Assembly (NCBI GenBank): GCA_041572575.1
Contig: JBFFSH010000067.1
Span: 1 to 14,260, forward strand
Reading direction: 5' to 3'
DNA length: 14,260 nucleotides
From: Thermodesulfobacteriota bacterium
Lineage (GTDB): Bacteria > Desulfobacterota_D > UBA1144 > Nemesobacterales > N074bin48
Below, one piece after another: positions 7,513 through 14,260 of the stretch. A program made the position numbers and the translations under genes. The notes under the pieces were generated by a model. It was not told the origin of the DNA. It ran no database searches and saw nothing but the letters and a program-made list of their open reading frames with translations. How positions within the stretch are numbered: the first letter of the stretch is position 1; the number at the start of each line of letters is the position of its first letter.

Positions 7513-8165
7513 GATTTCTCATAACATTTCTAACATTATTATTTAGTATCACATCAGTTGTACTTGCAAATGGAAACGCACAGGACGCGGTAATTGAAAA
7601 GATAGAAAACAAGTATAAGAAAGTTAATACCTACTATGCCTCATTCAGGCAGGAGCAGCCCGTAACATCTCTCGATAAGGTACAGACAAATGTTGGAGAG
7701 ATTTGGATTAAAAAACCCGGCAAAATCAGATGGAACTATAACATTCCCAAAAATGCGCAAATAATATCTGACGGGAATTTCCTGTGGTACTACTACGTGG
7801 AAGAAAAATATGCATTAAAACGTGACCTTAAAGAAGTTGGCAGTGACACAAATTTGCTATCACTACTTTCAGATCTAAGCAATCTTCAAAAATTATATAA
7901 AATTAATATCAAAAGAACTGCTATTGAAGCGGTTAAGTATTACCTTGTAGAGCTTATCCCCCTAGACAGCGAGGATGATTCAGTAAACAAACAGATACTC
8001 GCTGTAAATATGGATAACCTGCTCATTGAAAGAATATATATCTATGATGCCTTTGGTAACAAGAGCACTATTAAGTTTAGTGATATAAAAGTTAACAATG
8101 GTATAAAGGATAAAGTATTTGAGTTCACGCCTCCAAAGGATGTAGAGATACAGGATGCGCCGTAA
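7509..8165 (+). CDS. lolA: outer-membrane lipoprotein chaperone LolA
   Basis: Signal peptide, ASFRQ, KKPGKIRWNY, IISDG..LWYY and the C-terminal FEFTPPKDV. Sits in the conserved position after ftsK (4-nt overlap, TTG start). Confidence 0.88.
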   Translation: MRFLITFLTLLFSITSVVLANGNAQDAVIEKIENKYKKVNTYYASFRQEQPVTSLDKVQTNVGEIWIKKPGKIRWNYNIPKNAQIISDGNFLWYYYVEEKYALKRDLKEVGSDTNLLSLLSDLSNLQKLYKINIKRTAIEAVKYYLVELIPLDSEDDSVNKQILAVNMDNLLIERIYIYDAFGNKSTIKFSDIKVNNGIKDKVFEFTPPKDVEIQDAP

Positions 8166-8184
8166 ACAAACTCAAAGACAAAGA

Positions 8185-9510
8185 CTAAAACTCATACTGA
8201 ATCTCAAACTTTACTAAGAATATATTTTCTGAATTTGATGCAAAGGCTTCTCCAGGGAGTAAATAGCCAAGCTTAAGTGCTGCCTCTAATTTCGGTGTAC
8301 GGATTCTTTCATATCCTAAAACAAGATCGAATTCGTTTCCAATATCTTTAGTAGTCCCGTTTGGATCTGTATTTAGTGCTGAGTCCCTAATAAAATCTGC
8401 TGCCCTGTGCTGTCTGTAATAGTGATAAACGATATCGATAGAACTCTGCTCGGTGGGATTTATTCCAAAACCAGCAGATAGAATATGAATATTACTTAGC
8501 TCCGGATCAAATATTTCTCCATAGTATTTAAAATCGGCAGCACCGTTAAAACTACCCTCATTACTCTGTAGTCCGCTCTGTCTGAAATTACTGTCAGTGC
8601 CGTCTTCCGGATTGCTGTCACCACTTCCAAATGCATAGCTTAAGGTCACAGAAGGTTCAAACGGAAGATCAAACTGATAGATTGATCCTATATCAAACCC
8701 AAACGCTCTTATATCATTATCGCCACTCTCTCCAAATACAAAAGCAGTATCAAGCCAGTATTCCAGATTTTCGGTTAGATCTCCCTCACCTTGAATACCC
8801 AAAAAAATCGGACTTTCATTATCTTGAGATCTGTCATCTCTCAAAAAGGCATATGCACCAAGAATCTTCTCCTTTTCTTCATGCTCAGTTTCATAATTTG
8901 CATAGAAACCGTAGTTATAAATCCTCTCTTTTTCATCAGAATTTAGAAGGTCCCTATCTACAATATTTAATCTGCTGGCAGAAAGCTCTAAAGAAATATC
9001 GGATATATCATAAATTAGTCTGATCGCGTCCAGATCTTCATCGTAGAGCCACTCCCTTTCATCTTCAAAACGCTGTCTTCCTAATTGTATTGACAGTCTG
9101 TCATCAAACAATTCTTTAAATAACAGATAGCCCTGCTCAATTTCGAGTTTAAGATTATCTTCACCCTTATCACCATCAGTAAATGTAATCTGCCTGCTGA
9201 TTGATGTTTCCAAGAAGGCCTGAATGTGTCTTGTCGGATCAAAGGAAAAAGCAAGTGTTAGTCCTGGTTCGAGTATAGACAGATTTTTTTCTATTTCATT
9301 TTCAGGATCAATATTACCAAAGAAGTTGTATTCCAGGTCAAGCTGTGCACCGAATGTAAGGTAAGGTGCAATGGGTATAGTTGTTTCAGGCGGGTCATCA
9401 GGATCGAAAGTAAGATTTGTTTTACCCTGAGCATATAGATTTAATGATAATAATATTAGGATGAATGGAGTCAGTATGAATAAAAACAATATACTTTTGG
9501 AATTTAGCAT
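8185..9510 (-). CDS. alginate-export (AlgE-like) family outer-membrane beta-barrel protein
   Basis: Signal peptide, amphipathic beta strands, GRQRFEDEREWLYDEDLDA, YAFGSGD and ELSN motifs, and a C-terminal Phe (IQYEF). Confidence 0.75.
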   Translation of the reverse strand: MLNSKSILFLFILTPFILILLSLNLYAQGKTNLTFDPDDPPETTIPIAPYLTFGAQLDLEYNFFGNIDPENEIEKNLSILEPGLTLAFSFDPTRHIQAFLETSISRQITFTDGDKGEDNLKLEIEQGYLLFKELFDDRLSIQLGRQRFEDEREWLYDEDLDAIRLIYDISDISLELSASRLNIVDRDLLNSDEKERIYNYGFYANYETEHEEKEKILGAYAFLRDDRSQDNESPIFLGIQGEGDLTENLEYWLDTAFVFGESGDNDIRAFGFDIGSIYQFDLPFEPSVTLSYAFGSGDSNPEDGTDSNFRQSGLQSNEGSFNGAADFKYYGEIFDPELSNIHILSAGFGINPTEQSSIDIVYHYYRQHRAADFIRDSALNTDPNGTTKDIGNEFDLVLGYERIRTPKLEAALKLGYLLPGEAFASNSENIFLVKFEIQYEF

Positions 9511-9557
9511 TTGTACTCCAATTGAATTGTAATAATACAGACTAGATCTGTGTTTTA

Positions 9558-10781
9558 TTATCTATCAATCTCGCCAAGTACAATATCTATACTACCTATC
9601 GCTGCTATAACATCGGCAAGAAGCGCTCCTTTTACCATTTGCGGGATTGCCTGCATGTTAACAAACGATGGGCCTCGTACGTGCATCCTGTATGGCTTGG
9701 CTGTTCCGTCACTCACAAGGTAATAACCAAGCTCGCCCTTTGGGTTTTCCACACCGTGGTATACTTCACCTGCAGGCGGCTTAAACCCTTCATATACTAA
9801 AACGAAGTGTCTTATAAGCGACTCCATCTTGGTATATGTAAGCTCTTTTTCAGGCAGTACTATATCAGGAAGATCAGCTACATACGGGCCGTCCGGCAGG
9901 TTATTAAGAGCCTGTTCTATTATTTTTACGCTCTGCCTCATTTCTTCTAAGCGGCATAGGTACCTCGAATATGCATCGCCGTCAGTACCTACTGGTATTT
10001 CAAAATCATATTTGTCATAATCAAGATAGGGGTTTGATTTCCTAAGGTCATGAGGTACTCCGCTTCCTCTTAGAGTAGGACCTGATAATCCAAGATTAAT
10101 TGCGTCTTCGGCACTTATTTTCGCAACGTCTTTAGTACGTTGAATCCAGATTTTGTTTCTGGTAAGAAGCTTGTCTACCTCGTCAATAGTCTTTGGAAAA
10201 ATCTTTAGAAAGTTACCGACTTTTTGTTCAAAATCTTGTGGTAAATCCAACGGGAGTCCGCCTACCCTTGGGTAAGAAGTAGTAAGCCTTGCGCCGCATA
10301 CAAGCTCAAGTATGTCGTATATTCTCTCCCTTTCTTTAAAGCAGTAAAAAAATGCAGTCATGGCCCCAAGATCAAGGGCATGTGTTCCAATTCCTACAAG
10401 ATGCGACTCAATCCTTCCAAGCTCAAAGAGAATAACCTCGGTTACTTTAGCACGCTCAGGAATTTCATCCTGTATTCCAAGCAGCTTTTCCACTGTTAAT
10501 ATATAGCCTATGTTATTACAAATAGCTGCCAGATAGTCCATTCTGTCCGTATAAGGCAGACACTGCTGGTAGGTAATGTTTTCACACAGTTTTTCAATTC
10601 CCCTGTGCAGGTATCCGATATGGGGAATGGCCTTTACAACAAGCTCTCCGTCAAGATGCAGCACCACTCTCAGCACTCCGTGAGTAGACGGGTGTTGAGG
10701 GCCCATGTTTAACATCATTGATGTAGTGGATAAGCCGCTTTGGCTATCCGGAGATTCGGTTATAAACTCAACTCTTTCCAT
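9558..10781 (-). CDS. nuoD: NADH-quinone oxidoreductase subunit D
   Basis: LNMGPQHPSTHGVLR, GYLHRGIEK, DRMDY, ENPKGELG and the C-terminal DIVLGEIDR. Confidence 0.96.
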   Translation of the reverse strand: MERVEFITESPDSQSGLSTTSMMLNMGPQHPSTHGVLRVVLHLDGELVVKAIPHIGYLHRGIEKLCENITYQQCLPYTDRMDYLAAICNNIGYILTVEKLLGIQDEIPERAKVTEVILFELGRIESHLVGIGTHALDLGAMTAFFYCFKERERIYDILELVCGARLTTSYPRVGGLPLDLPQDFEQKVGNFLKIFPKTIDEVDKLLTRNKIWIQRTKDVAKISAEDAINLGLSGPTLRGSGVPHDLRKSNPYLDYDKYDFEIPVGTDGDAYSRYLCRLEEMRQSVKIIEQALNNLPDGPYVADLPDIVLPEKELTYTKMESLIRHFVLVYEGFKPPAGEVYHGVENPKGELGYYLVSDGTAKPYRMHVRGPSFVNMQAIPQMVKGALLADVIAAIGSIDIVLGEIDR

Positions 10782-11305
10782 TACTGTTCAATACCCTCTT
10801 TGAGTGCTTTTTCAAAACTCTGCTTTGACGGCTCTCTGTTTCTTACATCAAAATCTTTTCTAAGCGGGTGTGGCTCATAGTCATCTGGCATAAGTATTCT
10901 TCTCAGATCAGGGTGTCCTGGAAATTGCACACCAAACATGTCATACACTTCCCTTTCAAGCCAGTTAGCGCTGCTCCAGATTGGTGTTATAGAATCAATT
11001 GAAAGTTCTTTTTCGTCCAGCAGCACTTTTAATCTTAATCTGAAGTTTTCCTCATAATCATTTCCAAACCTGTGGAGTACATAAACCATTTCGTAACGAG
11101 TATCGCGTTTATCTAAATAATCTACAGCAGTAACATCTACCAAGAAGGTAAATCCATATTCTTCTTTTAACAATCTGCACACTTTAAAAAAACTCTTCCT
11201 TGTTATATATAGTGTTGTCTCTCCACGGAATGATTCAATTTTTTGGACAGAAGAATCAAGACGTGTTTGGATAGAGGTTAAAAGAGATGGAAAATCAATG
11301 CTCAT
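10781..11305 (-). CDS. nuoC: NADH-quinone oxidoreductase subunit C
   Basis: [31 protein letters not shown] and HPLRKDF. Confidence 0.95.
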   Translation of the reverse strand: MSIDFPSLLTSIQTRLDSSVQKIESFRGETTLYITRKSFFKVCRLLKEEYGFTFLVDVTAVDYLDKRDTRYEMVYVLHRFGNDYEENFRLRLKVLLDEKELSIDSITPIWSSANWLEREVYDMFGVQFPGHPDLRRILMPDDYEPHPLRKDFDVRNREPSKQSFEKALKEGIEQ

Positions 11306-11787
11306 ACTATAGGAGGACCTTCAATTTCTATTTTCTTTTGTATTTTAATAACAGCATCCACAAGAGCCTCGGGTCTTGGTGGACATCCTCCTACATAAAC
11401 ATCCACCGGTAAAAATTCGTCAATCCCCTGCACCACAGCATAACTGTCAAAAGGACCGCCGCCGCATGTACATGATCCCATTGCAATTACCCACTTTGGG
11501 TTTGGCATTTGGTCGTAAATCCTTCTGCATACCGATGCCATTTTGTATGTAATTGTGCCTGAAACTATCATGAGGTCGGCTTGCCTTGGGGAAAACCTGG
11601 CTACTTCAGCACCAAACCTTGATAGATCGAACCTCGAAGCAAATACTCCCATCATCTCAATTGCACAACAAGCCGTACCAAAGGGCATGGGCCAAAGGCT
11701 GTTCTTCCTGCCCCAGTTGGCAACATTATTAATAGTTGTAGTTAAAAATCCGTCCCCTCCAAGGTTGGAGTTCATGTTTACTGCCAT
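11302..11787 (-). CDS. nuoB: NADH-quinone oxidoreductase subunit B
   Basis: [27 protein letters not shown] and GCPPRPE (N2 cluster ligands). Confidence 0.96.
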   Translation of the reverse strand: MAVNMNSNLGGDGFLTTTINNVANWGRKNSLWPMPFGTACCAIEMMGVFASRFDLSRFGAEVARFSPRQADLMIVSGTITYKMASVCRRIYDQMPNPKWVIAMGSCTCGGGPFDSYAVVQGIDEFLPVDVYVGGCPPRPEALVDAVIKIQKKIEIEGPPIV

Positions 11788-12134
11788 TTAAGTGCTCCGC
11801 GTTTTATCATGTAGAAGTAACCTGTAAGTATTACTGCAAAGAATATAACGATTTCAAGAAATACTATTAAACCCAGTTTTTTATATACAACTGCCCATGC
11901 AAAGAGAAATAATATCTCAACATCAAAAAGTATGAACAGAGCAGCTATTACATAGTACTTTACTGAAAATTTCTCCCTGGCATCTCCCACAGGATTTACT
12001 CCGCATTCATAGGGTGAGAGTTTTATCTTGTCATAGACCTTGTGGCCAAGCAGATGGGAAATAGTGAGAAGAACAGTAGCAAGCCCTCCTGCAATAACAA
12101 TCATTAATAATATAGGTAAGTAGCCCTCCAGCAT
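11778..12134 (-). CDS. nuoA: NADH-quinone oxidoreductase subunit A (118 aa from the ATG at 12134)
   Basis: [23 protein letters not shown] and GALKW. The ATG at 12134 gives a typical length; the track's TTG at 12170 coincides with the putative -35. Confidence 0.93.
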   Translation of the reverse strand: MLEGYLPILLMIVIAGGLATVLLTISHLLGHKVYDKIKLSPYECGVNPVGDAREKFSVKYYVIAALFILFDVEILFLFAWAVVYKKLGLIVFLEIVIFFAVILTGYFYMIKRGALKWQ

Positions 12135-12142
12135 GGACACTA

Positions 12143-12170
12143 ATGTTAAAAACAAAGCGTTAAAAGTCAA
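12143..12170 (-). promoter_or_regulatory. putative sigma70 promoter of nuoABCD
   Basis: TTGACT (12170-12165), 16-bp spacer, TAACAT (12148-12143). Confidence 0.45.
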
Positions 12171-12243
12171 GGTATATATACAATTAATTTTAAAATAATC
12201 GTAATTATTCTAATAATAAACAAAAGCTTCCAATAAATTGTGA

Positions 12244-12272
12244 TTGACGAAGTGATTTGGTTAGATTAAACT
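12244..12272 (+). promoter_or_regulatory. putative sigma70 promoter of the 47-aa small gene
   Basis: TTGACG (12244-12249), 17-bp spacer, TAAACT (12267-12272). Confidence 0.55.
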
Positions 12273-12324
12273 TAATACCAAAGTATTACTGTTTACCATT
12301 ATAGATCTCGGGGAGGAGATTGTG

Positions 12325-12468
12325 ATGAAACAAATTATTAAAACTGCTGTATCACTAATCCTTATTTTTGTAATTGGATTTACTACGGGTATTGCTGTAA
12401 ATAAAATGCAGAACATGCATTCCGGGTATCAAGGCAATATCAGCATGGATGCTTTGAGTAAAAACTAA
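12325..12468 (+). CDS. small single-pass membrane/secreted peptide (47 aa)
   Basis: Strong RBS GGGGAGGAG (12310-12318). Translation MKQIIKTAVSLILIFVIGFTTGIAVNKMQNMHSGYQGNISMDALSKN*. It is below the ORF-track length cutoff. Confidence 0.65.
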   Translation: MKQIIKTAVSLILIFVIGFTTGIAVNKMQNMHSGYQGNISMDALSKN

Positions 12469-12646
12469 TCTTTAATATATTATCTATCTTATTATCTCAA
12501 AATTCAACTATTAAACCTTTTCCATATACAGCCTAATTAATAGATTGTATAGAAACTACGATTTAATTTATTATAAATAGCATCGCAGTGTGTTATAGTA
12601 ATATCATGCCCATCCACCAATATCTTAATGATTAGACTGAACAAAT

Positions 12647-13054
12647 ATGAAACTGGACAAATTGATAAACACAATTAAAGAACTTGTTGATAAAGCTGAT
12701 AAACAAATTTACTTTGATAAAAAAGAGCTTTATTTTGAAATCAATGCACCTGAAACCAGATTTTCAATAAGCACCAAACAAGACGGCACACTTTGTATAA
12801 CTATTCATGTAACTGACGGTATTTTCTACAAATTTTACACCGAGAGAGACGGTACACTACTGCTCGAAAAAGGGAGTGTTCCAGACCTTATAGAGAACTT
12901 CGGACTAAATTATATATTTAAACTGTTTGATAATGCCGCACCCGGTATGCTTGAAATTGGCCTTAGAGAAATTGAAAGTAATGATTATATATTTAGACAC
13001 ACTATTAGAGCTGGAAATAAAAATTCTGTAGAGGAAAAACGTAGTCTACACTAA
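12647..13054 (+). CDS. hypothetical protein (135 aa)
   Basis: ATG-initiated ORF filling the gap, with composition like its neighbours. No motif recognised. Confidence 0.65.
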   Translation: MKLDKLINTIKELVDKADKQIYFDKKELYFEINAPETRFSISTKQDGTLCITIHVTDGIFYKFYTERDGTLLLEKGSVPDLIENFGLNYIFKLFDNAAPGMLEIGLREIESNDYIFRHTIRAGNKNSVEEKRSLH

Positions 13055-13384
13055 CTATAAGCTTGAGAGCGCCTGCTCCTTATCTTCAAATATTTGTAGT
13101 ATAGAATCAAAACCGCTTACTTTAAATATTTGTTTAACATTATCAGAAAGGCTTGTAATGGCGATATTACCACCCTGCTCTTTTATCTTTTTAGTAAGAG
13201 TAAGAAGTGTCCTTAGGCAAGCACTGCTAATGTATTCAACCCCTGAGAAATCAAGCAGTATAGATTTTTCATTTTCTGTAAGTTTTAGCACTCCCTGTTC
13301 AAAATCTGCTGAATTTTGAGAGTCTATTCTGGATTCTGGTTTTAATACCAATACATTGCCAATTTTTTCTTCACCAAGATTCAT
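13055..13384 (-). CDS. STAS-domain anti-sigma factor antagonist (RsbV/SpoIIAA-like)
   Basis: RIDSQNS, LLDFSGVEYISSACLR (phosphoacceptor Ser region), VKQIFKVSGF. RBS GAGGA. Confidence 0.88.
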   Translation of the reverse strand: MNLGEEKIGNVLVLKPESRIDSQNSADFEQGVLKLTENEKSILLDFSGVEYISSACLRTLLTLTKKIKEQGGNIAITSLSDNVKQIFKVSGFDSILQIFEDKEQALSSL

Positions 13385-13427
13385 TGTAATTCCTCTTTAA
13401 CTTTTAGTAATTATGTATAACAAATTG

Positions 13428-14081
13428 TTATGTAGGTAGCATAAGCATTGCTTCTGCAATATCTGACCTTAGTCTTTCCAGCACATTAGTAACTTCTTGT
13501 GCTATCAGGTCTAATTTCTTTATGAGCTCAATTCTATCTGATAGCCTTTCGACTTCCTTTTCACTGAGAAAAGTAGTGAATAGTGAGCATGTATCCATAA
13601 GACTTACTAATACTACGTCCTTTGGAGATGGAATATCATCACTCATAAGAAGATCGATGATCCTTTTTTTAACCTCTTTTTCCTCTGTGTCATCTATCAT
13701 TGGATAGACCCTTGTACCAATCACCCATAAGAACTTCTTTTCTTCCATTTTAAGAATTTTTTTATCTATGAGCATCTCAATAGCCGAGTCCATTATTTCT
13801 TCACCATAATTGGACAGCTCGGTTAACCAGAAGCGTGTATTGTTATCATTGTTTTCACTGTTTATCTTTTGCAGATATTTATCAAGCATTGCAATACCCG
13901 TAGGAGTAGAATCGGCTACTATTAGTTTTTCAAGATCATTATCAATCCTGTTTTTTAAACCTAGATCCATAAGCACTGCACCTGCCATAGCATAGTTAAG
14001 CGTCATAAGGTCTATGTTTGCAAGCTCTCCCGATTCGTCATCGAGTAACAACAACAATATATCTTCTGCTAATGTAAGCAT
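13428..14081 (-). CDS. GPP34 (Golgi phosphoprotein 3-like) family protein
   Basis: TLAEDILLLLLDDESG, AGAVLMDL, EKKFLWV..RVYP, 217 aa. RBS GGGAG. Confidence 0.8.
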   Translation of the reverse strand: MLTLAEDILLLLLDDESGELANIDLMTLNYAMAGAVLMDLGLKNRIDNDLEKLIVADSTPTGIAMLDKYLQKINSENNDNNTRFWLTELSNYGEEIMDSAIEMLIDKKILKMEEKKFLWVIGTRVYPMIDDTEEKEVKKRIIDLLMSDDIPSPKDVVLVSLMDTCSLFTTFLSEKEVERLSDRIELIKKLDLIAQEVTNVLERLRSDIAEAMLMLPT

Positions 14082-14124
14082 TAATTACTCCCAAATATGT
14101 TATGTAACTATAATTATAGGATAT

Positions 14125-14260
14125 TGTCAAGCCCCAGAATTTAGGTCCAGTTTTAAAGTTAGAATTTGTTAACATTTTGTCAGTGAGTTGGAGTGAAAGT
14201 TTGTTCATAGTTCGTGGTTTTTTTGTCTTGTATTAAAGCTTTTGGAGCAGGCGGTCTGTA
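14125..14260 (-). mobile_element. IS3-family insertion sequence, right end with terminal inverted repeat (partial)
   Basis: The terminal sequence starts 5'-TGTCAAGCCCCAGAATTTAGGTCCAG at 14125 (TG...CA ends typical of IS3). It lies just downstream of a transposase C-terminus. Confidence 0.7.
14180..14260 (-). CDS. IS3-family transposase, C-terminal fragment
   Basis: Manual translation YRPPAPKALIQDKKTTNYEQTFTPTH*. YRPPAP matches the (HSSLG)YRPPAP tail of many IS3 OrfB proteins. Confidence 0.65.
   Translation of the reverse strand, partial: YRPPAPKALIQDKKTTNYEQTFTPTH

Noticed and set aside
1865..13995. Short antisense or alternative-frame ORFs inside cysM, the JAMM gene, moeB, nuoN, ftsK, the barrel gene, nuoD, nuoB and GPP34
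   Set aside because: They overlap well-supported genes and have no recognisable motifs.
1..14260. Composite transposon bounded by the two terminal ISs
   Set aside because: The ISs belong to different families and the cargo is core housekeeping genes. Assembly breaks at repeats are the more likely explanation.

Overview
AT-rich bacterial (diderm) chromosomal segment with partial insertion sequences at both edges: the 5' end of an IS1595/IS1016-like transposase on the left and the 3' end plus terminal IR of an IS3-family element on the right. It may be a contig broken at IS copies. The core is housekeeping: a tusA-like/cysM/JAMM-protease/moeB sulfur-relay operon, a solitary nuoN, ftsK-lolA, an alginate-export-like outer-membrane barrel, nuoABCD on the minus strand, an unannotated 47-aa membrane peptide, a hypothetical gene and a GPP34 + STAS pair. 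The most unusual feature is at 147-1086. Two small accessory genes on the minus strand are each followed by a 99-bp element, with copies at 147-245 and 717-815. Each element has a near-identical 39-bp core with three TAAGGA units. Each also has a 60-bp part of three 15-bp quasi-palindromic boxes spaced 23/22 bp with a GGGTACC linker; the box sequences differ between copies but the geometry and fold-back are kept. This looks like a non-attC gene-cassette array or an iteron/origin-like module. No cognate recombinase or initiator gene is present in the window.
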